Source: Roseiflexaceae bacterium (GTDB taxonomy: Bacteria > Chloroflexota > Chloroflexia > Chloroflexales > Roseiflexaceae). Taken from it: DNA of 64,000 bases. This document shows, piece after piece, positions 1-10,442 of the stretch. Numbering within the stretch: position 1 is the stretch's first letter; each line of letters begins with the position of its first letter. The notes under the pieces were generated by a model. That model was given only the letters and a program-made list of their open reading frames with translations. It searched no databases and had not been told where the DNA came from. A program made the position numbers and the translations under genes. Location of the stretch: the NCBI GenBank assembly GCA_947474225.1, contig CANJHS010000010.1, forward strand, positions 551-64,550. Direction: 5' to 3'.

Positions 1-1389
1 CACGTCGACCCGATCCGTGGCACGGTTTGTGGCCACGGCTGCGGTCGTGCCTTTGGGCATATGAATGCCATTCACACGCGTTTCGACGTTCTTCTTGCCA
101 TCGCTATAGCCGACAACGATATCGGGGCTACTCTCGCTGCCACTCGCCACCGCAGCAGTCCCCCGCTGCTGATCCAAACGGACTTCACTGGCAACGGTCG
201 TATCGACCGCCAGATTCTGAACGCTCACGACTGATCCAGCCCCAAACGCCGACACGGTCACTGGTGCCTCAGCAGAACCGGTAACGTACACCGCTCCATG
301 GGTCGTCACAGGCAATTCAATCATGGGCATCCCGTTGCGCGACCATTGTCCGGACGCACCCCGCAAATAGTGTACCTGTGCGCCGGGGATGTCGTTGTAC
401 GATTTCCCCAACACAACGCCACTGCGCCGTCCTTGGCTGTCTTCGAAGTACGCCGAATACGCAGCGGTGTTGTCTTTTGCATTTGGTAGCGCGGACGAAA
501 ACAAAATCGTCGTTAGTTCCTCGATACCTTTGCTCAACGGATTGCCCGGACAAAACTGACAAACTTGCTTTTCAAGCCGTGGCGATGTCTCGGTCAGATC
601 CAATGTACCTGACGACGCATCTCCTTTGTAAAGCACCGTGCTGACGCCCTCGTTGGTCGTTGTATATTCCCAGCTGTTTTTGGCGGTATCCACGATGATT
701 TCTTGCGTGGTTTTGGGCAGATTATTGTCATAGATCTGTATCGCCACATGGGTTGCATCTCGTTCTGTCAGGCCGATGGGAGTCACCGTGTGACCGCCCT
801 TCCCTTTCGATTCGTATATTCCTAGTGTGTACAGCACATCGATATTAGCTTTTGGTTGCATACCGGCCCGCAGCACTGCAATAGCGGAGACGGCATCCAT
901 GACGGTATGATGCGCTCGCGTCGGGTATGTCGCTTGGGTCGCCCACCAGTAGGCAATCTCACGCTGGAGGGCGATATTCCCCTCGAGGACGAGCTGCGCT
1001 GCAATCGGACTGCCAAACGCCTGTGGCTTTAACACGCCGAAATAAAAATACTGACTGAGTACTGCCATTCCTTCACAGTGCCCAGCCTCCATGGCGGTGT
1101 TAAGCGATTCCATCCATATCCGTGCAGGCGGGATGAGTATGCACGTCGGATCGAGGCTGGCACACACTTCGTCACCGAACATGCGCTGGAGGTCGGCAGG
1201 AGTCAGATTGGTGACATTAGCTGCGCCATAATTTTCGAATCCAAACCCGTCGCTACGCGGTTCGAAGCCAGTCGTCTGCACCTTGGCCTCCACAGCGATA
1301 TCCTCGGTCACACTGGGTCCACATGCGGACAAGAGCAGAGCCGCAAGGACCACACGCACAATCAATGTTTTCTGTTTCGTCATCCCCAT
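1..1389 (-). CDS. Secreted lipoprotein of unknown function (partial; C-terminus lies beyond the left edge)
   Basis: The minus-strand frame is open from ATG 1389 (second ATG at 1383) to position 1. It is missing from the ORF track because it has no stop in the window. An in-frame TGA lies just upstream of 1389. The N-terminus MGMTKQKTLIVRVVLAALLLSAC is a signal peptide plus lipobox (L-S-A-C). Confidence 0.6.
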   Translation of the reverse strand, partial: MGMTKQKTLIVRVVLAALLLSACGPSVTEDIAVEAKVQTTGFEPRSDGFGFENYGAANVTNLTPADLQRMFGDEVCASLDPTCILIPPARIWMESLNTAMEAGHCEGMAVLSQYFYFGVLKPQAFGSPIAAQLVLEGNIALQREIAYWWATQATYPTRAHHTVMDAVSAIAVLRAGMQPKANIDVLYTLGIYESKGKGGHTVTPIGLTERDATHVAIQIYDNNLPKTTQEIIVDTAKNSWEYTTTNEGVSTVLYKGDASSGTLDLTETSPRLEKQVCQFCPGNPLSKGIEELTTILFSSALPNAKDNTAAYSAYFEDSQGRRSGVVLGKSYNDIPGAQVHYLRGASGQWSRNGMPMIELPVTTHGAVYVTGSAEAPVTVSAFGAGSVVSVQNLAVDTTVASEVRLDQQRGTAAVASGSESSPDIVVGYSDGKKNVETRVNGIHMPKGTTAAVATNRATDRVDV

Positions 1390-1603
1390 TGGTCACCATA
1401 TGTAATCGTATATACGCATCGTAGCATGAAGCGAATTACTTTTTGCACCAACAGGCGTGCCTCGTACAAAAAGAACAAATGTTTCTTCTTTGAGAGCATC
1501 CGTAGATATATTTCGTTTGTTCCTCATGCAATAAATTATTTTCGATTGCAGAATACATTCACAAACCAATTATATGCAATGCGATGAGACGGAGGTCGGA
1601 CTT

Positions 1604-2254
1604 TTAGCTGTACGTAGGGTACTGCGGCCACCCTGCCGGAGAATCTTCGAAATCCTCTTGGCGGCCGTAGGGCGTCCGATCGAGGAATGATTGCGCGCTA
1701 TTGAGGCCCTCTACTCCGCGTTGGAGCGCTGTATAGGTGTGGTACACGTCATCACCGAGGCGAAAGAAGACACTGATGCCTTGGCCCTCACCCTGGGCAT
1801 CGGACATCTTCATGTCGTAGTTGAAGTCGCTTTGGTACGACGAAAAGAACGGGAAGCGGATTTCGCTCACCTGACGATGAGCCTCGAGTTTAGCATACGG
1901 TGCGCGAGCGACGATGACAAACCGACTATCGCGCTTTTCGAGGGACGCTAAATCCGGCAAACTCAACATAAATCCTGTACAGACAGGGCAACCGACGTCG
2001 TTTTGTGGGCCATACATGAAGTGGTACATGATGAGTTGCCGTTTGCCCGCAAAGAGTTGAGCAAACGAGACGTCGCCCTCAGCACCAGTGAAGCGGTACG
2101 GCTTATCCATATGCACCATCGGCAATCGTCGGCGTTGTGCAGCGACGCGATCGTACATTTTGGTCAATGCTTTTTCTTCGTTCAACAGCGTTGCACGCGC
2201 AGTCTCCCATTCTGTGCGGGTCACGATTGGTGGGTGCGGGATATTCTTTTCCAT
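1604..2254 (-). CDS. DUF899 thioredoxin-like family protein
   Basis: 216 aa. The N-terminal TRTEWETARATLLNEEKALTK and a CPVC motif are typical of the DUF899 family. Confidence 0.8.
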   Translation of the reverse strand: MEKNIPHPPIVTRTEWETARATLLNEEKALTKMYDRVAAQRRRLPMVHMDKPYRFTGAEGDVSFAQLFAGKRQLIMYHFMYGPQNDVGCPVCTGFMLSLPDLASLEKRDSRFVIVARAPYAKLEAHRQVSEIRFPFFSSYQSDFNYDMKMSDAQGEGQGISVFFRLGDDVYHTYTALQRGVEGLNSAQSFLDRTPYGRQEDFEDSPAGWPQYPTYS

Positions 2255-2384
2255 TGAGACCTCTCTGTATCATTCTGATTTGTTACAGTATACCTGCCCG
2301 CACCCGTGACATCCGAGACAGCATACACAAAACACACGACACCAGTGGTGTCGTGTGTGTCGAAAGCGTGATATAGCGCAGTAA

Positions 2385-3758
2385 TTAGCCGCGCAGGGGT
2401 GATCCAACGGCGAGGTATTGGTACCCCTGAGCCACGAGTTCGGCGTAATCAGGGATCATGCGGCGGCCGTCGATGATGAGGTAGGGTTTTTTGGTGTGGA
2501 GTTCGATGGTGCGCGACAGGCCGCGGAACTCTTCCCAGTCTGTAGCAATGACCAACACATCGGTGCCTGCCAAGGCGCTTTTGACCGACTCGTGGTAGCT
2601 CAATTTGGCAAACAACGGGTTCATGCTGGGGTCGAACCAGCGACGCGCCTCGTGCATCGACATGGGGTCGTAGGCGTGGATGGCACTCGCACCACGGCCA
2701 AGCAAGCCCTCGACGACCTTGAGCGCCGACGAATCGCGCATGTCGTTGGTGCGTTGCTTGAATGACAACCCGAGCAGTGCGACGGTTTTGTTGGCAAACG
2801 AAAAGCCGGCTTCGGACTCTGCCCGATCGAGCAGGTACATCTTTTGGTATTCGTTGATGTCGTAGACCGAGCGGAGCAATTGGGCGTCTTGGTTGCGGCT
2901 TTCGAGCTGATAGATGAGCGACTGGACATCTTTGCCGAAGCACGAGCCACCTGCGCCGATGCCGACGTACGAGCCCCACTTCGAGATACGGTTATCGGCG
3001 GTGACGCCACGCTTCAGGTCTTCCATCCGTACATTGGGGAAGGTCTCGCCGATGCGGGCGCCGATGCCGTTCCAAAATGACACATAGGTCAGCAGCAGCG
3101 TATTGGCGATGTATTTGATGGATTCGGCGGTTTCGGGCGTTGTTTCGATGTAGCTGATGCGCACATGATTGACGAACTGTGAGTAGATGCGGCGCAGGAT
3201 GCGGAAGTCTTCGTCGGTGTCGGCACCGACCACGACGCGATCGGGGCGACGTGATTTTTCGACAGCGTCACCCTCGGGCAAAAATTCTGGGTTCGAGGCG
3301 ACACCCACATTGGGGACGTTGTGTTTGGCCAAGGCTTGTTCGAGGGCACGTGCGGTGCCGATGGGTACGGTGCTTTTGTTGATGATGACGACACGCCGTT
3401 GGTCGCTGCGCTTGGCGAGGAGTTGTGCCAAGTAATCTACGGCGTTGAAGTAAAAGCTCAAGTCCGACGACCCATCCGGATTGGGAGGGGTGGGCAAACA
3501 GAGGAATATGGCGTCGGTGCCTTCGAGGATGGGCGTAATTTCGGTGGTGAAGAAGAGGTAGCGATTGAGATTTTCGGCAATCACGGTGGCCAGACCGGGC
3601 TCGTTGATCATGCGTTCTATCTCTTCGGCTTTGCCAGAGGAATAGGCCGCAATGCGCACTTTGTCGATGTCATACGCATAGACTTCGTGCCCGTATTCGG
3701 AGCAGACTGCTGCATGACAAAGACCGACGAACCCTGTACCGACGACGATTATTTTCAT
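2385..3758 (-). CDS. Nucleotide-sugar dehydrogenase (UDP-glucose 6-dehydrogenase family)
   Basis: 457 aa. Has an N-terminal Rossmann motif VVGTGFVG and the catalytic-Cys motif GGSCFGKD. Confidence 0.9.
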   Translation of the reverse strand: MKIIVVGTGFVGLCHAAVCSEYGHEVYAYDIDKVRIAAYSSGKAEEIERMINEPGLATVIAENLNRYLFFTTEITPILEGTDAIFLCLPTPPNPDGSSDLSFYFNAVDYLAQLLAKRSDQRRVVIINKSTVPIGTARALEQALAKHNVPNVGVASNPEFLPEGDAVEKSRRPDRVVVGADTDEDFRILRRIYSQFVNHVRISYIETTPETAESIKYIANTLLLTYVSFWNGIGARIGETFPNVRMEDLKRGVTADNRISKWGSYVGIGAGGSCFGKDVQSLIYQLESRNQDAQLLRSVYDINEYQKMYLLDRAESEAGFSFANKTVALLGLSFKQRTNDMRDSSALKVVEGLLGRGASAIHAYDPMSMHEARRWFDPSMNPLFAKLSYHESVKSALAGTDVLVIATDWEEFRGLSRTIELHTKKPYLIIDGRRMIPDYAELVAQGYQYLAVGSPLRG

Positions 3759-3792
3759 AGTACCTGTTAATCCTTTACCACAGTGAATCGGG

Positions 3793-4878
3793 TTACTTTA
3801 TGGCCAGGATGTCCCGCAGGGCATCGAGGCAGAGCATGTTTTCGGCGGGAGTCCCAAACGAAATGCGCAACACGCCGGGCAAGCCCCAGGCGCCGAGTGC
3901 ATTGATGGCGATACCCCGGGCAGCCAGGGCGGCGACAACGACAGCGTCACTGACACCGGCGGGGAGGGGCACGGCGATGAAGTTGGTCTCGGATGGAAAG
4001 GGCTGTAACCCCAACGCCGTGAGCCGTTCGACGTACAAATCGCGGGCTTCATTGGCTTGGGTACGACTCGCCTCGAGGTGCGCGGTGTCGCTCAGCGCGG
4101 CAATCCCCGCGACGGCAGCGAGCGCGTTGACATCGAAAACGGGGCGGGTTTTGGAGAGGTAATCGAGTACTGCCGGGGCAGCGAGGGCGTACCCCAGCCG
4201 CAACCCTGCCAGGCCGTAGATTTTCGCATACGTACGCAAAACAATCATGTTGGCACGGCCATTGCGGAGTTCGCCGATCATATCTGGGAAGTCTGCGCGG
4301 GTCGCGTATTCGATATAGGCTTCGTCGACCACGATGAGCACATCGTCGGGAACTGCTACCAAAAACTGCTGCATCTCGGCGGCGCCGTTGGTCGAGCCGG
4401 TGGGATTATTGGGGTTGCAGATGAGCACCATGCGCGTTTTTGGGGTGATGGCAGCGGCCATGGCGGCCAAATCGTGGGCACCGTTGCGCAGCGGGATTTT
4501 CTTTTGGGTGGCAGCCATCATGCCGGTGCGCATCACATAGCTGACAAACGTGCCGTCGGCCATGACGACTTCGTCGCCTGGCTCGAGGTAGGCGAGCGCA
4601 ATCAACAGGATGAGTTCGTCGGACCCATTTGCACATAACACCATATCGGCGCTGATGGAAAAGTGTTGTGCCAATGCGCTCCGCAGTGCCGTATTGTTGG
4701 GGTCAGAGTAGCGATGCATGGTGGGGATAGCGGCGGCCGCAGCGGCCATTGCTTTGGGTGAGGGTCCTAACGGGTTTTCATTGGCGGACAAGCGTGCCAC
4801 AACGGTCACTGCTGGTCCTGCTGCGGGGGGTGCACTGCGCATCGAACGGAGCGCAGCAATGGCGGGTTTTTGGCGCAT
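3793..4878 (-). CDS. hisC: Histidinol-phosphate aminotransferase
   Basis: 361 aa. Has the LSANENPLGPSP motif and class II aminotransferase layout. The start could be the internal Met 12 codons downstream. Confidence 0.85.
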   Translation of the reverse strand: MRQKPAIAALRSMRSAPPAAGPAVTVVARLSANENPLGPSPKAMAAAAAAIPTMHRYSDPNNTALRSALAQHFSISADMVLCANGSDELILLIALAYLEPGDEVVMADGTFVSYVMRTGMMAATQKKIPLRNGAHDLAAMAAAITPKTRMVLICNPNNPTGSTNGAAEMQQFLVAVPDDVLIVVDEAYIEYATRADFPDMIGELRNGRANMIVLRTYAKIYGLAGLRLGYALAAPAVLDYLSKTRPVFDVNALAAVAGIAALSDTAHLEASRTQANEARDLYVERLTALGLQPFPSETNFIAVPLPAGVSDAVVVAALAARGIAINALGAWGLPGVLRISFGTPAENMLCLDALRDILAIK

Positions 4879-5033
4879 ATACGACCCCTCACGTCATTCA
4901 AATGACATACACAAAGGTATGATAGTATAGCACGCTACTGCGTCAAACATGCCTTGTACTTGCGTGTTGTGAAAAATAGTGCTATCCTCGATACATTATA
5001 TGACTTTATAAAGCCATTTTCTAAGGAGTCGTT

Positions 5034-5666
5034 GTGAGCCGTGCTGTCATGCCACCCGATGTCGTTGTACGTCGTCTCCCGCTCTATGCGCGGAGCCTGC
5101 GCTACCTGTTGCACGAAGGTGTGCTGTCGGTATCCTCCCAAGAACTCGGTGAACGTATCAATGTGACCGCCGCCCAAATCCGCAAGGATTTGTCGTATTT
5201 TGGTGAATTCGGCAAGCAGGGCATCGGCTACGATGTCGAACGCTTGTTAGAACAAATCGACCAAATCCTGGGACTCGATCGGTCATGGGCGGTCGCGCTC
5301 ATCGGTGCTGGTCAATTGGGTGAAGCAATTGTGCGCTACGAGGGCTTCCGCGAGCAAGGCATTCACATCGCGGCAGTATTCGATGCCAATCCCGACAAAG
5401 TCGGCAAACCACTGGGCACGATTGTCGTCCAGCATAGTGACAGTATCATGCAGACTATCCCGGCGCGGGGCATCGAAATGGCGATTATTGCCGTTCCCGC
5501 AGATCGTGCCCAGAGTGTCACTGACGTCGTCATCAAAGCTGGCGTGCGCGCGCTGTTGAGTTACGCGCCCACGGTGCTGCAAGTCCCGGCAGGGGTGTGG
5601 GTGCGCTATATTGACCCGCTATCGGTGTTGCACTCCATGACGTTCTACCTCGCGCGCGGCGAATAA
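5034..5666 (+). CDS. rex: Redox-sensing transcriptional repressor Rex
   Basis: 210 aa. Has [20 protein letters not shown]-like winged-helix motifs and a Rossmann GAGQLG motif. GTG start lies 7 nt after AAGGAG (5021-5026). Confidence 0.9.
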   Translation: MSRAVMPPDVVVRRLPLYARSLRYLLHEGVLSVSSQELGERINVTAAQIRKDLSYFGEFGKQGIGYDVERLLEQIDQILGLDRSWAVALIGAGQLGEAIVRYEGFREQGIHIAAVFDANPDKVGKPLGTIVVQHSDSIMQTIPARGIEMAIIAVPADRAQSVTDVVIKAGVRALLSYAPTVLQVPAGVWVRYIDPLSVLHSMTFYLARGE

Positions 5667-5681
5667 GCCTGCGCAAACCAG

Positions 5682-5717
5682 ACAGCCCCGTTCCGCAGTG
5701 CGGAACGGGGCTGTTTT
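5682..5717 (+). terminator. Rho-independent terminator after rex (convergent with the mscS-family gene)
   Basis: ACAGCCCCGTTCCG-cagtg-CGGAACGGGGCTGT followed by TTTT. Confidence 0.75.
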
Positions 5718-5736
5718 CGCATACTGATGCTGCGTC

Positions 5737-6534
5737 CTAGAGCTGATTGACGCTCGAGCCGACCCGTGTCGATGGTGCGAGTGTGCCCAGGTAGGCATCG
5801 ATGGCTAAAATGACCGCAGTGCGACACGAGCCATCGTCGTCGTGTTCGGCCGCCGTCCATGTGATGACCTGCAAGACGACGAGCGCACCCTGCATATCAG
5901 CGATGCTGGCGGTGGTGTGTGGTTCGGCGGCGATGGTCGGCAGGCCTTGGATGATCCGTGGTAGCGCATCAATTATGCTCTCGAAGGGACTATTGCGCGG
6001 CACAGTCAAGGCAAACGTCAGTTGCCGTAACCCAGAGCGCGTGTAATTGGTAATGGCACTGCCGTTGATGGCGTTGCTAGGGATGTGCACCAACAAGCCT
6101 GCTTGGTTCCGCAGCACGGTCACGTGCAAACGCATGGCCGTGACGACACCGCGAATCCCGGCAATCATCACCGCATCGCCGACCTGATACGGTCGGTAAT
6201 AGAGCAGCATGATACCAGCCGTGTAACTTTTGGCGACGTCTTGGATGGCCAGGACGATTACCACACCGCCGAATCCCAGCCCAGCCATAACACTCGAAGC
6301 GATTGTCCCCCAGCCACCTTGTGCAAAGGCAATCGAAACGCCGATGAGGATTGTCACGGCAAAGACGACGCTGCCCGCCAGCGCGGCGATATCAGCGGGG
6401 AACCCCATGCGCGTTGCACCAGCCGCCGAGACGACGCGCAACCGGCGGGAGATAACCACTGTGCCCAGCAGAATGCTCAACACGATTAGAATTGTCGGAG
6501 TATGTGCGAGAACCGCAGCCACTGTTGCCTGCAT
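5737..6534 (-). CDS. Small-conductance mechanosensitive channel (MscS family)
   Basis: 265 aa. Has N-terminal TM helices and the MscS beta-domain pattern YRPYQVGDAVMIAGIRGVVTAMRLHVTVLR. Confidence 0.85.
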   Translation of the reverse strand: MQATVAAVLAHTPTILIVLSILLGTVVISRRLRVVSAAGATRMGFPADIAALAGSVVFAVTILIGVSIAFAQGGWGTIASSVMAGLGFGGVVIVLAIQDVAKSYTAGIMLLYYRPYQVGDAVMIAGIRGVVTAMRLHVTVLRNQAGLLVHIPSNAINGSAITNYTRSGLRQLTFALTVPRNSPFESIIDALPRIIQGLPTIAAEPHTTASIADMQGALVVLQVITWTAAEHDDDGSCRTAVILAIDAYLGTLAPSTRVGSSVNQL

Positions 6535-6662
6535 TGTCTCTCCTTTGCGGTACGCTGATTATGTGTCTGTAGTGTAGCATTGCCACGCACTGCAGTCATA
6601 TCAGTTTTGCTACTATAATAGTGTTGACAGTCGCATTCATCCAATCAGATAGCAGGACCGCC

Positions 6663-7133
6663 ATGTCGATAGACGATGCATTGTTTCGCAAAGCGCTGGG
6701 AAGTTTTCCAAGCGGTGTGACGGTGGTGACGACGGTTCATGACAATGCAGCCTACGGAATGACGGTCAGTTCGTTTAGTTCGTTATCACTCAAACCACAA
6801 TTACTGCTGGTCTGCATCCAAAGCCATCTCCCCACACACGCAGCCATCCTCAAATCAGGGATATTTGCGGTGAGTATTTTGGCGGCCGACCAAGCCGATA
6901 TTTCGCAGCACTTCGCCAGCAAAATCACCGACAAATTCACCGGGATTAACTGCTCGACCACGGCCTCGGGCATCCCTGTTATCGCCAACGCCTGTGCCAC
7001 CTTTGCCTGCACGCTTGCGCACATCCTGCCGGGTGGTGATCACTCGATTATCGTCGGCGCCTTGGACGAAGTCCACGTCAGCGACCGTCCACCGTTGGTC
7101 TATCACCTCGGTGGCTACCACCAGCTGGTATGA
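6663..7133 (+). CDS. Flavin reductase-like FMN-binding protein
   Basis: Has FRKALGSFPSGVTVVTT, the flavin reductase domain signature. The ORF track starts at GTG 6621. ATG 6663 fits family N-termini better. Confidence 0.8.
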   Translation: MSIDDALFRKALGSFPSGVTVVTTVHDNAAYGMTVSSFSSLSLKPQLLLVCIQSHLPTHAAILKSGIFAVSILAADQADISQHFASKITDKFTGINCSTTASGIPVIANACATFACTLAHILPGGDHSIIVGALDEVHVSDRPPLVYHLGGYHQLV

Positions 7134-8167
7134 AGACCCACCTCCTGACCGTATCGGCGACGCACCCTGAGCCTGACGTCATTGCCGCTGCTGCTGCCTG
7201 CATTGCAGTCGGCGAGTTGGTTGCAATGCCGACCGAAACGGTCTATGGTCTGGCAGCAGACGCACATAACCCTGTAGCAGTCGCACGCATCTTTGCCGCC
7301 AAAGGGCGACCGACAACCGACCCGCTCATCGTACACATCGCCGATATCGATCAACTCGCAGCTGTGGCGACGGACTACCCACCCGCCTATAGCCTATTGG
7401 CTGAGGCCTTTTGGCCAGGTCCGTTGACCATGTTGTTGCCGCGCCATCGATCGTTGAATTCGACCATTACCGCCGGTTTTGACACGGTCGCCGTGCGGAT
7501 GCCCGCGCACCCCGTGGCCCTGGCACTCATCCGGGCCTGCGGGACACCCTTGGTTGCGCCTTCTGCCAACCTTTTTTCACATCCGAGCCCGACCACTGCC
7601 GCACATGTCGTCCATGACCTCGATGGTCGGATTGCGATGGTGCTCGACGCAGGTGCATGTCGCATCGGCGTCGAATCGACGATCGTCGACATTACGCAGA
7701 CCCCGGCGGTGATCTTGCGCCAGGGTGACGTCAGTGCCGAGCAACTGACCACTGTGCTGGGCGAAGTCATGGTGTTGCAACGTACGCTGGCCACCAGCCA
7801 GGCTGCACCAGCCCCAGGCATGCTGCTCAAACACTATGCACCGCGCACACCACTGCGGCTGTTGCGTGGACCGGCTGCAGCGGTGCAGCAGGCGGTGGCC
7901 CAGATTCATCGCCAACAGCATACAATTTGGCTCTGTTACGCAGAGGACGAAGCATACGCGCAGCACCTGGGCATTGCGACTTTTTCGCTCGGAGCAGTAA
8001 GTGATGGAGCGCAGATTGCCCGCTCGTTGTTTGCGGCGTTGCGCGCTGCCGATGCTGCTGGGTACGCAGTGATTGTGGTGGCCGAGCCAAACGGCACCGG
8101 TGTTGCAGCCGCCGTCCGCGATCGTCTCTTCCGTGCAGCCGAAGGAGTCATTCACACCGTCGAATAG
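7130..8167 (+). CDS. tsaC: L-threonylcarbamoyladenylate synthase (Sua5/YwlC-type, with C-terminal Sua5 domain)
   Basis: 345 aa. Has the PTETVYGLAADAHN and RIFAAKGRP motifs. Its start overlaps the upstream stop by 4 nt. Confidence 0.9.
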   Translation: MKTHLLTVSATHPEPDVIAAAAACIAVGELVAMPTETVYGLAADAHNPVAVARIFAAKGRPTTDPLIVHIADIDQLAAVATDYPPAYSLLAEAFWPGPLTMLLPRHRSLNSTITAGFDTVAVRMPAHPVALALIRACGTPLVAPSANLFSHPSPTTAAHVVHDLDGRIAMVLDAGACRIGVESTIVDITQTPAVILRQGDVSAEQLTTVLGEVMVLQRTLATSQAAPAPGMLLKHYAPRTPLRLLRGPAAAVQQAVAQIHRQQHTIWLCYAEDEAYAQHLGIATFSLGAVSDGAQIARSLFAALRAADAAGYAVIVVAEPNGTGVAAAVRDRLFRAAEGVIHTVE

Positions 8168-8217
8168 GCTTCTCCGGTGGTGTGCTATACTTTGCAGAAT
8201 ATCTTTTGCAGGTGCCT

Positions 8218-8535
8218 ATGAGCTGGTTCAAACGCATTTTCGGTATCTCATTGGTCCCGCCCGAGCGCGCCATTGTGGTATACGTCCGGTGCGACAAATG
8301 TCAGCACCCGGTGAGCGTCCGCATCGATCGCTACAACGATTTGGCGGTCGAATACAACGAACGCGAAATTGAAATCGGCTATGTGGTCCACAAATCCATC
8401 ATGGACTCCACCTGCTTCCGCATCATGCAGGCCACACTGACCTTTGATACGCAGCGCAACGAGCAGACCAGGACCATCAGCGGTGGGACCTTCATTGACG
8501 AAGCTACCTATCGAGCACTGCACCCTACGACGTAA
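8218..8535 (+). CDS. Hypothetical protein with a single CxxC motif
   Basis: ORF 8182-8535. ATG 8218 is preceded by AGGTG. No family recognised. Confidence 0.45.
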   Translation: MSWFKRIFGISLVPPERAIVVYVRCDKCQHPVSVRIDRYNDLAVEYNEREIEIGYVVHKSIMDSTCFRIMQATLTFDTQRNEQTRTISGGTFIDEATYRALHPTT

Positions 8536-8560
8536 TTCGACAGCAGAGCAGCGAGGAACA

Positions 8561-9976
8561 ATGGACTACCACAACCCCCAATGGCAGGCGTCGATGCGCA
8601 TCCGCCTCGACATCAATAACACCCTGCGTAGCGTCGTCGGCAGCCACGGCATCGACGTGGCCGACATCACTGCCATGGCCGCAGCCGCCGGCAAAGCCAT
8701 CGCCGACATCGATGCCAATCGAGCGCAGCTCGGCTGGCCAGACCTACCCGCCCAAGATATCAGCGCCATCCTGGCCGCCGCCCAGAAGGTGATGCATGTC
8801 GAAAACTTCGTCGTGCTGGGTATTGGTGGTTCTGCACTGGGCAATATTGCCGTCCAATCAGCCCTCAATCACCCCTTCTACAACGATCAGCCGCGTGGCA
8901 TACGCACCCATCCGCGCCTGTATGTCATCGACAACTCCGACCCAGATTTGAATGCAGCCCTGATCGAGACACTCGATCCGGCCAGCACGGTCTACAACGT
9001 CATTTCGAAATCGGGTACCACTGCCGAGACGATGTCGTCGTTTTTGGCGGTGCGTGCGCACCTCATCAACACCCTCGGCCCCAATGCCCTCAAAGAACAC
9101 GTCATCGTCACCACCGACCCCAGCAGCGGCTTTATGCGCCAAATCGGTCTGCGTGAAGGCCTGCCGATGCTCGAATTGCCGCCCACGGTGGGCGGCCGCT
9201 TCTCGGTCTTGACCACCGTTGGCCTGCTTTCTGCGGCGGTTACCGGTGTCGACATCCGCGCCCTGCTGTCGGGTGCTGCGTATGGCTACAAAATCGCCTC
9301 CAACCCGGATGTCCTCAAAAACCCCGCCGCATTGGCTGCCATCGTCAATCTGCTGTGCGCCAAACAGGGTCAAAACATGGTTGTCATGATGCCGTATTCG
9401 CACCATCTGCGGCATATTTCGGATTGGTTCGCCCAACTCTGGGCCGAAAGCCTGGGCAAAAAGACCAGCCTCAGCGGCGAGACCGTCAACGTCGGCACCA
9501 CACCAATCCGCGCACTCGGCGCGACCGATCAGCACTCACAGGTGCAACTCTATGTCGAGGGACCATTCGACAAGCTGGTCAACTTCATCGCCGTCGACAC
9601 CTATGCGCAGAGTATGACTATCCCTTCTGCGTATACCGATTTGGAGGGTGTCTCGTACCTGGGCGGTCACACATTTAATGAGCTCATCAACGCCGAGCAA
9701 CAGGCAACGGCCATTGCGCTCAACGACGCCGGTCGCCCCAACATGACCCACACGGTGCCGGCCATCAACGCATTCACCATCGGTCAGCTCTTTATGCTGC
9801 TCGAAATGCAGACGGCGATAGCTGGGGCACTGCTCAATATCAACACCTTCGACCAACCCGGCGTCGAAGCCGGCAAAATCGCCACCTATGCGCTCCTCGG
9901 TCGCGACGGCTTTGCCGAGCGGCGGGCAGCCATAGCAGCCGCACGTGCGCGACGATCCGCGCAATGGGAGGTCTAG
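8561..9976 (+). CDS. pgi: Glucose-6-phosphate isomerase
   Basis: PGI/SIS-domain motifs are present (VVLGIGGSALG, ISKSGTTAET, GGRFSV). ATG 8561 lies after GAGG. The track start at 8444 would overlap the upstream gene. Confidence 0.9.
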   Translation: MDYHNPQWQASMRIRLDINNTLRSVVGSHGIDVADITAMAAAAGKAIADIDANRAQLGWPDLPAQDISAILAAAQKVMHVENFVVLGIGGSALGNIAVQSALNHPFYNDQPRGIRTHPRLYVIDNSDPDLNAALIETLDPASTVYNVISKSGTTAETMSSFLAVRAHLINTLGPNALKEHVIVTTDPSSGFMRQIGLREGLPMLELPPTVGGRFSVLTTVGLLSAAVTGVDIRALLSGAAYGYKIASNPDVLKNPAALAAIVNLLCAKQGQNMVVMMPYSHHLRHISDWFAQLWAESLGKKTSLSGETVNVGTTPIRALGATDQHSQVQLYVEGPFDKLVNFIAVDTYAQSMTIPSAYTDLEGVSYLGGHTFNELINAEQQATAIALNDAGRPNMTHTVPAINAFTIGQLFMLLEMQTAIAGALLNINTFDQPGVEAGKIATYALLGRDGFAERRAAIAAARARRSAQWEV

Positions 9977-9977
9977 C

Positions 9978-10442
9978 ATGAGTGATGCACGCTGCCCACA
10001 GTGCAACAACGCATTGGTACCCATCGCCGCCGTTGTCAACGACCCCGCTACCGCCGACGCCGTCCGCGCGTCATTAGCACTGGCTGCCACACCGAAACCA
10101 CGCGCTGCCGGCGGACTCGGCTGCATGTCGATCATCCTGAGTGGTTCGGTTGCATTCGCAGCAGCGGTCATCATTGGTGGCATCAGCCAGTTCACCTTGG
10201 GCACAGACTACCCCGCGCCGGGATATCGCTTCGGCGAAGCGGCCATCTTCAGCGGCATTGCCGCGTTTATTATCGTGATGGTGGCGATGTTCTCGGTCTT
10301 TGTCTGGCGACAAGCCAACAATGACCGCATCTACAAAAAAATCGTCGCTGTCTGGTACACGCAAAAAATCGCGTACGACAACGATTCCTACTGCACCACC
10401 TGTCATACCCGCGTCGCTGGTCCGCCAGCGACCACACCATAA
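9978..10442 (+). CDS. Hypothetical membrane protein with a split zinc-ribbon (CPQC ... CTTC) flanking two TM helices
   Basis: ATG 9978 lies after GGGAGG. There are two hydrophobic helices between the CxxC pairs. Confidence 0.5.
   Translation: MSDARCPQCNNALVPIAAVVNDPATADAVRASLALAATPKPRAAGGLGCMSIILSGSVAFAAAVIIGGISQFTLGTDYPAPGYRFGEAAIFSGIAAFIIVMVAMFSVFVWRQANNDRIYKKIVAVWYTQKIAYDNDSYCTTCHTRVAGPPATTP

Noticed and set aside
4967-4973. Possible Rex operator upstream of rex (TTGTGAA)
   Set aside because: Only one half-site is present. The expected partner TTCACAA is missing at the proper spacing.
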